From the NCBI GenBank assembly GCA_964016885.1, contig OZ024750.1, positions 54,002,001-54,066,000 of the forward strand: a stretch of DNA of 64,000 nt, written 5' to 3'. Below the pieces are notes generated by a model. The model did no database searches. It was given only the letters and a program-made list of their open reading frames with translations, and was not told the DNA's origin. The translations under genes were made by a program, and so were the position numbers. Below are positions 23,955 to 37,349 of this stretch, one piece after another (positions within the stretch are counted from its first letter, which is position 1; the number at the start of each line of letters is the position of its first letter). The stretch comes from Eledone cirrhosa (lineage: Eukaryota).

Positions 23955-26900
23955 GGCAACCTATGTAGGAAATCGTATTATCATGAGCTCCACAAAGGTT
24001 TGTTGTTTTCAGTTGTTTCAAATTGCCAGTTATGGAAAATTTTTCTTGTTAAGTGTTTATAAGTTCACATATATTGCTTTCTGAAAAGGACACTCAATAA
24101 TATTGGGGCCTTGAGCCCGAAATTTAAACTTTATTTTGTCAAACAAACAATTTAAAAAAAAAAAATGGACGGCATTCGCCTACCCAAATCTAGCCAGCTG
24201 TCTCGTGACAGCCACTCTAATATACCAACCACTCCCACCACCATTGTAAGCCTTGCTACAGTTGCCAAGACCGAAAAAGTTTTCGCTAACAGCAGCAGCA
24301 GCAGCAGCAGCAGTAGCAGTTACTTCGCAGATTAGCGAACTAGTCAAGCGGGCGTTGATGGGGGCCATTGTCAACAACAAATGGTGGTTTGCTCTGAAAA
24401 GAGCGATTAGAATAGGTTTAGTAAGGGGTTAACAATAGAGAAAAATAGAGCAGAGGGAGAACTAGTTCGCAAGTTAGACGAGGCACTTCATAAAGGCATC
24501 ATGACCAACTTGCTTGCGGTGAATTTGGCCCTCAACCAATTCTTCAATGCAACACACGAAAAGGCTGCATTGTCAGAGCGTGCTTTCAGACACAAGGGGA
24601 CGAAAGCTGTTCGATGGGCCCGAGTGGTGGAAGTGCATTATGGCAACAAAGCCACGATCCAGTCTTTGGCGCACCACGACGGGCACATGTTACTCGATCC
24701 CAGGCAAATGTGTGAAGTTTTTCAGCGACACTTCAGCTGTTCGGCGGCGGCAGCAGCGGGCCCGATCGCAGGATGGACTTTAGTGCCCACCTCGATGGAC
24801 TGCCGCGGTTCTAGGCCACTGAGGCAGAGTGTTGCGAAAGGCTGATAACAACCACTGAAGTATGGGAAGCAATGACTGGCTGCACAATGGGTAAATCGCC
24901 TGGTTTGGATGGTCTGCCATACGAACTTTACGTACATATGCCAGACTTGTTCGGAGACCTCTTGGTGGACGTCTACTGCAACTGGCAGTAGAACGGGAGA
25001 ATTCCCAGCACTGTGAGCCGAGGAGCGGTGGCGCTGCTGAGAAAGGATCTGAACAAGAGGGATAACATAGATAATTTCAGGCCCATAACTCTGCTAAACA
25101 CAGAGTTCAAGATTTTGGCCAAGAGGTTGGCGCTTGTCGTTGGTGGTCTGGTGGGAGAGGAGCAGACATGTGCCATTCCAGACAGATCCATCCATGACAA
25201 CGTCCACCTTATGCAATACATCGAGGAGAGGCTAGCTGGGGAACCTGGCACAGGTGGGTCTTTGATCAATTTAGATCAGTCGAAAGCTTTCAATAGGGTC
25301 GACCATCGTTACATGGCGGCAGTCCTGAGGGCAGCTGGCTTTGGGCCCGTCTTCAGAGGCTGGATCGCTGCCATGCACAGCAACATCTGCTCTGTGGTGA
25401 GAGTGAACGTCACCTTTCAAAACTATTCAACATCATGCACTTGGTCCGCCAAGGATGTCCCCTCTCGTCCCTGTTGTACATATTGACTCTCGAGCCGTTA
25501 CTGCACAAACTGGAGACTTTGAGGGGGGGTCACACTTGAATTGGGATGTGGAAGAACCATGTCAGCATATGCCGACGACGTCACCATAGTGGTGTTGTGT
25601 GCCAAACATATCGATGCGATCGGCCCCACACTAAGAGAATACGAGGCAGTGATAGGAGCAATGATCAACCAGTAAAAGTCAGTGAGCCAGCGGCTCAGCA
25701 CCTGGAGAGGCAGGTCCATGCCGTCAAACAGTGTCGTCAGATGCTGGACGGACGGACCGGTTAAATTGCTAGGGGTCTGGTTCGGTCCAGACATACAGGC
25801 AGTCAATAATTGGGACGAGGTGATGAGCAGCGTGGCCTCTCTCACCCAGAAATAGGCCAAGAGGAAGCTGTCTCTGAAAGGTCGAGTGGAGGTGGCAAAT
25901 GCGTACATCGCGTCCATCATCTACTACCGCCTGACCGTTGTGCCTTGTCCTAAGCCTCGCCTGACTACGTGGAGGGCTGGGCATGCCGTGGCTGATGATG
26001 CGCAGACATGCACTCAGACTACACCATCTCCACCTCTTCCGCGACAGTGATCAGGTGTGGTTGCCGTTTGCTAGACACATTTTTCTCCAGCTTGTCTCCT
26101 TGGCAGAGCTGCAATCCTGGGTCAAGCGAAACCAAGAGGGAGTGCTTGGAGACTGGAATTTTTTACAGCCCTCAACCAGTCGGGCAATACAATTGCTGGA
26201 AACTCCATCCTGGCGTTCTATAGAGGGTTAGTGGAGTGAAAGAGCAACGACGTCCTTCGGGAGACTCTAAGCGTTGACGAAAACCAACTAGCCAATCTCT
26301 TTGGGAGAACTTTCGGGCCGGGGCCCATGGATAACTTCCAGAAATCCCTGGCCTGGCAGTGCTACCGAGGAGCTTTGCCAGTTCGGGATAAACTCTAGAG
26401 GCATGGAAGTGCCGTCAGACGGGCCTGTCCAAGATGTGCACAGGGACAGGGCGATGAAACAATCCTGCATGCACTCATCCACTGTCCGAGCATTGCTGAC
26501 TTGTGGGTTTATGCCGAACACCTGCTGTCATGTGTAGGACAGATCCGGCTATCAGCTGAGTCCATCATGAAGATTGCCCCGCCGCCTTCCTTTAGCCGGG
26601 AAGGGCAGGCAGTTTTTATCTGCCTGGTGGCCATGGTAAAAGAGATTGTATGGTGGACACGTCTGAAAGGGTTGATGACCGGTACTTTCCTCTTCGGTGA
26701 CGCCCTCATTAACTTTTTCAGGTTTCACCTGAAGAGGAAAATCAGGGTGGAGAGGGAAGTGCTGACCTCCAGCCAGTTTGTTGAAAGGTGGGTGAGAGAG
26801 GCAAGACTGGCCCGTGTGAATGGGTCTACCCTGAGCGTGTGCCTGTAGCATTGTAGGAGGAAAACTGGAAGAGGGCATTTGCCCTAGCGTTCAGGGTAAC

Positions 26901-27105
26901 CGTGGCTTTTCTTGTGGGCTTTCTCCATGAGCAACCCTCGGAGGTCTCCCCCCTATTGGGAATTTTTCATTGTTTCCATTTGTCACACTCTGTTTTTGTT
27001 TTTTTTTACACGCAGAAATGCCCATTTGTCCTGTGTTGTCCTTAATGTCTACTTTGTGTAAACCCTTGTGGTTAATAAAGAAAGCATTATTATTATTATT
27101 ATTAC
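23955..27105 (+). mobile_element. Tx1-clade L1 element, internally deleted (5' UTR, ORF1 stub, RT, zf-RVT-like end)
   Basis: GKSPGLDGLPYE, NFRPITLLNTEFKILAK, LDQSKAF, QGCPLS, YADD; joins from a (CAG)n run directly into mid-ORF2; ends in (ATT)n. Confidence 0.88.
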
Positions 27106-27391
27106 TGATGCACAAGCCTGCGGGGGAAAAGGTTCGTAACTTTAAGCTGTTTTAAAGTATCATTTTTTGTATTTTCTTGTCGTTAACGAAACATAAGGTA
27201 CCCACCTTGGTTCCAAGAGAGGGAGACCTCCCAATATTCGGGCTTTAAGCCCGAATATTCAGATTTATTTTTAAAAACTTTGAAAAAATCGCTTCCCCAC
27301 CAAAACAAAAAATAAGGAAATTTTCGACCTTGAAACGGTAAACAACGTTGAGGTCAAAAGTTCAAAAGCAGCCACTGGAGATCTCACCACA

Positions 27392-27444
<53 letters not shown>

Positions 27445-30400
27445 AGGCATGTCTGTCGACCATTCCACTGAATGTGAAGGCAAAACTCAAAAGCAGCAGT
27501 ATCATCTGAAAACGACATCACCGCCACCACCACAACAACAACAACAACAACTCAGAGCAACAATGACAATAACACCGACAGCTTCAATGTAAACACGGAT
27601 GGCGGTGGCAACAGCAACACCAAACAAAACAACAGCAACACCAAACAAAACAACAACAGCAAGAACGACAACACCAACAACAAGAGCAACAGAGGCACCA
27701 CCTTTGCTGCAGCAGCAGCAAAAACAAAGCGCTTATTGAATGTTGATATTAGCGATAAAGACGAACAGTTGGCCCAGGCGTGGAGGCTAATCTAACGGGA
27801 GAAGTTATGGGCAAACCTGACCATCCCGGACGAGGCAATAGCGACCATGCAAAGGAGGACGGTGTACTTTCGATGCATTTCGGTGCAGACGCGCAAACTA
27901 GAACTTGCCAGCCAAGCAGAGGTTGAGGCTGCTTTGGAGTACATCGGAAGTGACATAGAGTATAAAGCAAGGGCCAAACATTTCGGTACCATCTCGGTAC
28001 TGTTCAAAACCAAGGCCCTTGCTATTAAGCACTCGGTGACCCCCTGCAGAATGGAACGCATTATCATGCACCCATCCTACATGGGTAAAAGGACAGTAAA
28101 AGTCCGCATTCCCAGCATCCTGCCATGAATGAACATATGGTGGCTCCTGGGATGCGTAATCGAGGAGGGGACAGACACTACCTTTCTGGATATCAAAAGG
28201 ACAGAGAGAGAAGACTGGTCCGGAATGGATTTGGAGATGTTTCTCGAAATGAAGCCGGAGGACATGAACAACATCCCGGATTTTGCCCACCTGCAGGATG
28301 GGACAACAATCCAACTGGTCACTGAGGGAAGAAGACCGCACTGCTTCGTCTGCGGGAAGCAAAGCATCTGCAAGCCTTCTGCCCTCAGCGCAAAAATGCA
28401 GGGGGTCGCAAACCTCCTTTGTTCCCAACGCCAGTGTCAGCACGGAAATCTGCACCACCACTACCAAAAACAACACCAACAAAGACACAGACACCAACAT
28501 CAAAAACAGCCGGACCACCACCAACACCGAAACCATCCAAGGGGAAAACGAAGAAAGCTCCCCCCCCCCCCCCCCCCAATTATACACATAGACAAAACAA
28601 TAAATGCACACACAGACACAGAGACACTCACAGCTACAGACCCTTTGTCTTCCAGCAGCGAAGATGAAGGAAAACCCAAAAGTGCAAAAAAAACAGAAAA
28701 CTCACCAAAAAAAAGTCCCAACAAAACACAAAAACATACACAACAAAAAATACAGACACCACTAACGCAAACACTTCCCCAATAACATCAGCACCAACAA
28801 CAACATCGACACCACCCCCACAATCCCCGAAACGCAAACAACCTAAACAAACAAATACCTGAAATTGCAGCACCACACCTACAACAAACACAGACATACC
28901 CAAAACAACACCACCACCACAGTCACCAAAACGAAAACAAATAAAACCACACCAACAAAATGTTAAAAACTTTGTGCTTGTCAGAAGGGCCAACGATAAA
29001 CTGATGGCCCTCTTAGCACGAAGCGAGGATATTCAAACAGAGGAGGAGATTTTTGAAATGAGCACATTTTACATGCCAGAAGATTTGCTTCTGGTCCGGA
29101 TGTCACTCGATTCCTTCAAAGAAATTCGGGAGAGCTTTCCTCAAGACGTGGGAACCCCGAATGTGAAACCCACATCGAGACTTTTAAAGGGGTTCCCAAA
29201 AGAAATCCCACCAACCCTGTAGGTAAAGCCACCCGACCTTCACAAGACCCTGGGAGGTAAGTAAACCTTCCCTCTCTCTTTTAGCTTACCAACATGGCCA
29301 TATTAAGAGTAGGAAGTTTAAATGTTCGCGGCCTGGGGTCACCCTGGAAGCAGGGTCGCCTGCTCAACGACCTCAGGTCGCTGGAAATGGATGCGATTGC
29401 CGTCAGCGAGACCAGAATTTCCGACACACGCGCACTAGCCCCCATTTTTGACGATCTTCGCATCTGTTAGCAGGCCGGTAATGGGAGGTAGGGTGGCAGT
29501 GCTGTTTAGGAAAGGACTAGATCTCAAGGTAAGGTTGATCTTCCGAGACCTGGTGGTCTTGGATGTGAGCAGTAGCGAAGGTGGTGCCTTTAGACTGCTG
29601 GCCGTCTACAGGAGCCGGACGACCAGACTTCTTTAGGCGCCTGGAGACCTTTCTGGGTATGTCTCGCCCTTTACTGTTAGCGGGGGACTGGAATGGCATC
29701 TTAGACACACGCTGGGATTGTGTGAAAGTAACTGATAGGAGCGGGGTGCAAAAGCCTCAAGCACTACTCAGCCAGTTCCAACTGTCTGACAGGTATCGAC
29801 TAGATTTCCCCAATGCGCCAATATGAACATGGACCAACCGAATGGGGTCATCTAGATCGTATATAGACAGGATCTTCATTAGGAAAATAGATAGAAATAG
29901 TGTAGGCTGCCCACTTTTTAAAACGGTCGCCTATTCAGATCACAAATTTGTGATCTGTTTAGTCGACCTAAATAAAACGCATAGGTTGGGACCGGGTTAC
30001 TGGAAGCTGAACATGTCATTTCCGGCACGTAAGGCTTACAGGGACTGAATCAACAATTTAGTTAAGCAAAAGTTGACAGAGCTAATGCGCGTGCGCTGAG
30101 AAACGAGAGAACCAAAGTGGTAATAAAACCACAATTCGGTCTTTGGCGGACCAAGACGGACACGAGATAAGCGATTCCAAGCGGATGTGTGAGGCCTTTC
30201 GCCAGCACTTTGCTCGGTTGTTCGGGGAGAGTGGCAAGTCAGAGAGAGTAGTGGATTTCAGTCACTACCTTGACGGCTTGCCGTGCATCTCGACGGTTGA
30301 CGCTGAGCGCTGTGAAAGGCCGATTACTTCAGCCGAAATTCAGGACGCCCTTGTCGGCTGCATGAGGCGCAAGTCACCCGGTTTGGATGGCCTGCCCTAT

Positions 30401-32424
30401 GAGCTTTACGTAAATATGCCAGATACATCATAGAGAGGGTAGGGTGTAAACCTGGCTTCGGTGGGGCACTGATCAATTTAGATCAATCGAAAGCATTCGA
30501 TAGGGTCGACCATCGGTATCTGGAGTTTGTCCTCAAAGCAGCTGGCTTCGGCCCTGTCTTCAGAAGCTGGATCGCTGCAATGCACAGCAGCACACGCTCG
30601 GTGGTCAAGGTTAATGGCCACCTCTCGGAACCATTTCGGCTCTCCCGATCGGTCCGTCAAGGGTGCCCTCTCTCTTCTCTTCTGTACATATTGACTCTCG
30701 AGCCTTTACTGCGGAAGCTGGAGTTGTTGCAGGGCATCCCGCTAGAACCGGGACGTGGAACGTCGGTGTCGGCTTATGCGGACGACATCACCGTAATGGT
30801 GTCGGACACCTCAGAAATCGAGGTGGTCGGCACCTTATTGAAGGAATATGAAAGGTTTACAGGAGCCAAACTTAACCCGGAAAAGTCGGTGGGCTTGCAG
30901 CTCGGAACCTGGAGAGGCATGCCTATGCCGTCCAACAGCGTCGTGGGGCGCTGGACGGGCAGACCGGTAAAGTTGCTCGGGGTTTGGTTCGGACCAGACC
31001 TCTAGGTGGAAAAGAATTGGGATGAGGTAACGAGCAGAGTAGCCAGTCTCACCCAAAAATGGGCTGGGAGGAAGTTATCACTGAAAGGTCGCGCGGAGGT
31101 GACGAATGCGTACATCGCGTCCGTCATCTACTACCGCCTGACCATCGTGCCTTGCCTCCGTCCGTGCCTCGTCAAGTTGGAACGGCTCCTCTTCAAATTC
31201 TTGTGGAGGGGACAAGTTCCGTTGGTGAGGCAATCCATCTGCTGCCATCACCCTCTACGCGGAGGGCTGGGCATACCGTAGCTAATGATGCGCAGACATG
31301 CGTTGAGGCTGCGACATCTCCAGATATTCTGCCTAAATGGTGAACAGGTGTGGTCGCCGTTTATCAGACAGGCCTTTCCGCATCTCATCTCTTTGACTGA
31401 GCTGCAGTCCTGGGTCAAGAATAGACTGAGACTGGGTGACTGGCACCTGGAATGTTGCCAGGCACTCACTGCCCTCTACCAAGCGGGCAATGTGATCAGT
31501 GGAACTTCCACTCTCGAGTTCTATAGAGGATTAGTGGTGGGCAAGTGCGATAACGCACTCAGAGAAGCTTTGGGCCTCGACGAAGTCGAACTGACCAGTC
31601 TGTACCGGAGGACTTTCGAGCCGGGGACGATGGATAACTTCCAGAAATCCCTCGCTTGGCAGTGCTACCAGGGGGCACTGCCGGTTCGGGATAAACTCTA
31701 CAGGCACGGAAGTGCTGTCAGACAGACCTGCCCAAAATGCGTACAGAATGACAAAACCGTTCTGCACGCACTTGTCCAATGTCCGTGCATTACTGACTTG
31801 TGGGGTTATGTCAAACAGCTACTGTCGCGTGTGGAACGAATCCGGCTATCGACTGAGTCCATAGTGAAGATCGACCTGCCACCTTCCTTTGGTTAGGAAG
31901 AGCAGGAAAATTTCCTGTTTGGTGGCAGTTGCGAAAGAGGTATATGGTGGACCAGATTAAAAGGACTGAAGACAGACACTTTTCTCTTCGGCCAATCCCT
32001 CATCAACTTCTTCAAGTTTCACCTGGAAAGGAAGGTGAGGGTGGAGAGAGAAGTGCTGCTCCCCAGTACATTTGCTAAAAGGTGGATGAATGTGGCGAGA
32101 ATGGCCCGTGTGAATGGGCCTACTCTGACCATGCGCCTATAGGCTAGCTAACTTGAGGAGAGGGGTGCTCTCCCTGGGTGCCCTAGAAGCGCAGGGTGGT
32201 TCAGGATTGGTGGGGTACCCGAGTCACTCCAGGGTCGTCCACCCCCTATCGGGGAATTTATTTTGTTATATTTATGCATAGTTTATTTTATATTTGTATA
32301 TCTTCATTGTTAAATTTGTCTTGCCATTGTGCACTTTTACTCGACCTTATTGGAACCCCCCCCCACATTGTCCCTGTCTTTGTATTGTCCCCTACATGCC
32401 GGCCCTTGTGGCTAATAAATGAAA

Positions 32425-32464
<40 letters not shown>

Positions 32465-32465
32465 C
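27106..32465 (+). mobile_element. Near full-length Tx1-clade L1 element (ORF1 ~27449-29222, ORF2 29294-32141), inactivated
   Basis: ORF1 with EGRRPHCFVCG knuckle; ORF2 starts MAILRVGSLNVRGL, has GDWN, YIDRI, SDH (APE endonuclease), QGCPLS, YADD; several stops and deletions; ends AATAAA then (ATT)n. Confidence 0.92.
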
Positions 32466-32499
32466 ATTATATCCTTTTCTCTGTGTATCTGTTTCGTAG

Positions 32500-32682
32500 G
32501 TGACTCAGATAATAATTGTGAGGAATGGCAAACTGCAATCCCCCATGTACAGACCACATCCCAAGTAGTGGAGGACCTTGTTCCAGGTTCAACGTATCAG
32601 TTTCAGATTAAGGCCACCAATGCTGTTGGAGTGAGTGAGCCAGGGTATGTGTCTCAACAGGTTGTCATACCAACAGAGTCAG
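32500..32682 (+). CDS. KALRN/TRIO: Trio/Kalirin-like exon: FN3 domain, C-terminal part
   Basis: TAG|GT...G|GTAAAA; EEWQTAIPHVQTTSQVVEDLVPGSTYQFQIKATNAVGVSEP. Confidence 0.94.
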
Positions 32683-32714
32683 GTAAAACACCAGCCTGCT
32701 TTTCTCCACTCTCC

Positions 32715-33370
32715 ACCCACACTCTCCCCTCACACATCCCACACTCCCCTCACACATCCCACACTCCCCTCACACATCTCACACATCCCACACTCCCCTC
32801 ACACATCCCACACTCCCCTCACACATCCCACACTCTCCTCACACATCCCACATTCCTCTCACACATCCCACACTCCCCTCACATATCTCACTCTTTACTC
32901 ACACATCCCACACTCCCCTCACACATCCCACACTCTCCTCACACATCCCACACTCCCCTCACATATCTCACTCTTTACTCACACATCCCACACTCCCCTC
33001 ACACATCCCACACTCTCCTCACACATCCCACACTCCCCTCACATATCTCACTCTTTACTCACACATCCCACACTCCCCTCACACATCCGACACTCCCCTC
33101 ACACATCCCACACTCCCCTCACACATCCCACACTCCCCTCACATATCTCACTCTTTACTCACACTCCTCTCACACATCCCACACTCCCCTCACATATCTC
33201 ACTCTTTACTCACACATCCCACACTCCCCTCACACATCCCACACTCTCCTCACACATCCCACACTCTCCTCACACATCCTACACTCCCCTCACACATCCC
33301 ACACTCTCCTCACACATCCCACACTCTCCTCACACATCCCACATTCTCCTCACACATCCCACACTCCACT
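32715..33370. repeat. 20-bp C/A-rich minisatellite
   Basis: CACACATCCCACACTCCCCT with variants, directly after the splice donor. Confidence 0.95.
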
Positions 33371-33873
33371 CATATACTCCTATCTTCACTCATAAAGCCC
33401 TCTCATACTCTCTACATACACAATTATATTATTCAGTATTGAGGGTGGTGGATTGTCAGTATCGGTAGAGGGTCGGACGCCATGCATTGCAGCATAGAGT
33501 TACGTCCCTTTATGATCTGAGTTCAAATCCTGCGAGGTTAACTTTGCCCTTCATCCTTACAGGGTCAATAAAATAAAGTACCAGTAATACACTGGGATAA
33601 TTGCTGGCCTTGTGCCAAAAGTAGAAACAATTATAGGCCTCCTATGAGGTTGCAACTTGTTTTAATGATAAGGGCCCCAGTCCGATTTTGAAACACAACA
33701 TGAAATTCCATGCTCAAGAACATAATATTTTCGAATATTCTATGTCTATCTTCACATATATATCGCTATTTCAGAGCATTTAATCCAATTTCTAATTTCT
33801 GCCGGACCGGCAACCGCTCTTTCAAACCAGTTCCTGTACACAGCTAAGTATTCTATAAGTCTCTAGCTGTGTC

Positions 33874-33962
33874 ATTCTCGATAAAAGCACTGGATATGTA
33901 ATCCTGAAGATTTCTAATAAGAATGAAACGCGTAGGTTACTTCCCTTGCTTTTATCAAGAAT
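33874..33962 (+). ncRNA. Type I hammerhead ribozyme, copy 1
   Basis: GTAATC-CTGAAGA-T TTCT aata AGAA T-GAAA-CGCG-TA-GGTTAC; helix I extended by ATTCTCGATAAAAGCA/TGCTTTTATCAAGAAT. Confidence 0.88.
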
Positions 33963-34181
33963 CTAATTGTAATACGTGACGTATTCTATTCTATAGCGAT
34001 TAGGTCTTCAAAATGTTTATTATAAACATACAGAATATTTTCGAATATTCTGTCTATCTTCACATATATATCGCTATTTCAGAGCATTTAATCCAATTTC
34101 TAATTTCTGCCGGACCGGCAACCGCTCTTTCAAACCAGTTCCTGTACACAGCTAAGTATTCTATAAGTCTCTAGCTGTGTC

Positions 34182-34270
34182 ATTCTCGATAAAAGCACTG
34201 GATATGTAATCCTGAAGATTTCTAATAAGAATGAAACGCGTAGGTTACTTCCCTTGCTTTTATCGAGAAT
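34182..34270 (+). ncRNA. Type I hammerhead ribozyme, copy 2
   Basis: Same core; distal helix I is a perfect 16-bp match ATTCTCGATAAAAGCA/TGCTTTTATCGAGAAT; GUA triplet. Confidence 0.9.
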
Positions 34271-34399
34271 CTAATTGTAATACGTGACGTATTCTATTCT
34301 ATAGCGATTAGGTCTTCAAAATGTTTATTATAAACATACAGAATATTTTCGAATATTCTATGTCTATCTTCACATATATATCGCTATTTCAGAGCATTT

Positions 34400-34441
<42 letters not shown>

Positions 34442-34446
34442 TATGA

Positions 34447-34915
34447 ATGTACGTATTGTATATTTAACAATATACAGGATGTTTCTGAAAAACATTTTGA
34501 AGGCCTTTCGCTATGAATTTTAGGGTTGTGACGAATGTCACATATCTAGCTTCAGCAAATGCAGGGGGAAGTAATCGATGATTATTATTGGTTATCAACA
34601 CTACATATCTTCCTGCTTTTGCTGAAGTTAAACTAAGCTGGGCTCTTATGGAATTCTGCTAATGTTTATGAGCTGATGAAACTAATTTGCATACCGAGTG
34701 GTAGCCAGCCCAGTATCAATTAGAAATTTGTATTGGTGCTCCAAAATAGTGATATTAATGTATATATTGTATAACCACGGGGACATCTACCTCGACTACT
34801 TCCCCCTGCTTTTGTTGAAGTTAGGTAGGTCACAACCTTAAAATTCATAGTGAAAGGCCTTCAAAATGTTTTTCATAAACATCCTGTATATTGTTAGATA
34901 TACAATATGTACATT
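34447..34915. mobile_element. MITE or fold-back element with ~130-bp imperfect inverted repeats
   Basis: TATACAGGATGTTTCTGAAAAACATTTTGAAGGCCTTTC versus GAAAGGCCTTCAAAATGTTTTTCATAAACATCCTGTATA. Confidence 0.8.
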
Positions 34916-34939
34916 TATTTGTATATGACTATTTTGGAG

Positions 34940-35525
34940 CAGAAGTGGGTGGGTGGGGGTGGGGACGTAGAAGGGGTATAGTGGATTAAGAGGTGTCTAC
35001 TGGGTGTATGTTTGAGTCAGTGTGCATGGGAAGGCATGTCTTCTATATTACTGCATAATGCCAAAGATCTCGATCCTGTGTCATTGTCTTGGAGAGGTGC
35101 AATTGCCCAAGGTCAGCTTTTATCACCTCATCCCAGGTCTTCCTGGGTTTTCCCACTCCAAGGCTTCCATCGACTTTGAGTGTTCTGCACCTTTTTATAC
35201 TGCTGTCATCCTTCATACATATCACATGACCATACCAATACAATTTCCTTTCCTGCATACTGCATTTGATCTCTCTTATGTCTAATTTCTCTCTTAGTTC
35301 ATTTATGCTTTTCCGTTTGTGTATATTACTATTACACATCCATCAAAGCATGCATACTTCATTTCTTTCCAGTCTTCGCAGTGCCCAGGTCTCACTGCCA
35401 TGTAACATTGCTGTTCGTATACATGCATCATACAATCTGCCCTTCATTTTAAGAGGAAAAACATTTTGTAGCTAACAATGGTAGTAGCTCTCTGAACCTT
35501 TTCCATTATGTTTTTACTCTGGCTA
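34940..35525 (-). mobile_element. RTE LINE 3' fragment
   Basis: MCNSNIHKRKSINELREKL..WYGHV..GKPRKTWDEVIK. Confidence 0.88.
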
Positions 35526-35768
35526 CTGTATATATCATCATCATCATCATTTTACGTCTGCTTTTCCCTGATATATATCTATATATAGGATAAAGATCCC
35601 ATAACTCCTTGTGGAGTCCTAGAGGCACCGTCATATGGTGTGTCCAGGGCACTTTTAAACCTGGCAGAACCCAACCCTCTCCAGGTCTGAACACAGAGAA
35701 CGCAATGAGGTGGGACAAATACAGAAAAGCATTCTATCTGATGTCTAAATGACCCTGCTAGTTTGCCA

Positions 35769-35809
<41 letters not shown>

Positions 35810-35814
<5 letters not shown>

Positions 35815-37291
35815 AGCGAATTGATCTAGATGTTTGGGTTTGTGTCAGATAAAAGTACCACAGACGCTCTTTTCCTTGTACGACAACTACAGGAGAAGTA
35901 CCTAGCTAAAAGTAAACCCCTCTACTTAGCTTTTGTAGACCTGGAGAAAGCCTTTGACAGAGTCCCCCGCTCCATTATCTGGTGGGCTCTTAGAAAACTA
36001 GGTGTAGATGAATGGCTTGTGAGAGTTATACAAGCTATGTATAAAGAAACAGTCAGTAAGGTTAGAATTAACAATGAATATAGTGAAGAATTTAGTGTAA
36101 AAGTTGGTGTTCATCAAGGCTCTGTCCTTAGCCCCCTCCTGTTTATTATTGTACTTCTGGCTATAACAGAGGAGTTCAAGACCGGCTGCCCATGGGAACC
36201 CCTATATGAGGGTGATCTAACTCTCATAGCTGAATCAATGGCTGAACTAGAGAAGATATTCCAAACATGGAAGCATGGCCTAGAATCAAAAGGCCTTAAA
36301 GTTAACTTGTCTAAGACTAAAGTTCTAGTTTGTAGAAAGGAAAATAGGGCACTGGTCTCCTCTGGGAAATGGCCATGCTCAGTGTGTAGGAAAGGAGTAG
36401 GCAGAAATTCCATTTTATGTCCCAAATGCAAACTATGGGTACATAAAAGATGTAGTGGGATCAGAGGTAAACTATCTAAGAACGTAGACTTTATATGTGG
36501 CCGATGCTCAGGTGCAATAAGTAGCAAGTGCCCACAGGGTACTAGCTCCTTCTATTGCCCAGATGGTTCTATAGAAATAGTAATATACACGAACAGCAAA
36601 ACATAAATGAACTAAGTGAGAAATTAGGAATAAGAGGGATCAGATGCTGTTTACTTGAGAGAAGACTACTTTGGTATGGCCACATGATGCGCATGAAAGA
36701 CGACAGCTGTATAAAAAAGTTCAGAGCGATCAAAATAGATGGAAGCTACGGAGTAGGTAGATCCAGAAAAACCTGGGACGACATGATAAATTCCGACCTT
36801 ACACACTTGCACCTCTCTAAGACAATGTCACTGGACCGAGATCTTTCGCCATACGCAGTAATACAGAAGACCCGCCTTGCCTATGTACAAAGTGAAACCT
36901 ACAGTCAGTAGGCACCTCTTAACCAAATATACACCCCAACCCACTACCCTACTCCATCCTCCCACTCCCACCAACACCACCCTCTCTCTGTAAAGTTATG
37001 TTGGTACCACAACATCCAGTTGTAAATAAATGAGGTCGTGTAGGTGTCACAACAAAAAGCACACAGTCCACACTGTAATGTGGTCGTGTAGGTAACACAG
37101 TAAAAACCTCCCAGTCCACACTGTAAATGTGGTTAGTGTTAGGAAGGGCATCCAGCCGTAGAAAACCTGCCAGATAGTCCTATATGAGCAAGACACGGTC
37201 ACCTGACCAACCTTGCCTCAATTGGGACAACTCCCGTCTAACCCATGCCAGCGTGGAAGATGGACGTTAAATGATGATGATGATGATGATA
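35810..37291 (+). mobile_element. RTE LINE, 5'-truncated and internally deleted
   Basis: 258-aa ORF with FVDLEKAFDRVPR, GVHQGSVLSPLLF, a CxxC/CxxC PHD-like segment; (ATG)n tail. Confidence 0.93.
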
Positions 37292-37349
37292 TATATACTT
37301 GCATGTAAAAGACCTTTGTTTGTATACTCACAAATGCACATGTGTGTGT

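Larger units (their letters stand above)
33724..34407 (+). mobile_element. Retrozyme-like tandem repeat: ~2.2 copies of a 308-310-bp non-coding monomer, one hammerhead per full copy
   Basis: Monomers start at 33724, 34034 and 34342, nearly identical; ends in (TA)n. Confidence 0.85.

Noticed and set aside
27749-28993. Overlapping ORFs on both strands
   Set aside because: Explained by frameshifted Tx1 ORF1 and its low-complexity antisense shadows.
32196-33468. 399-aa and 277-aa His/Pro/Thr-rich ORFs
   Set aside because: Stop-free frames through (ATT)n and a 20-bp minisatellite; only 32500-32682 is coding.
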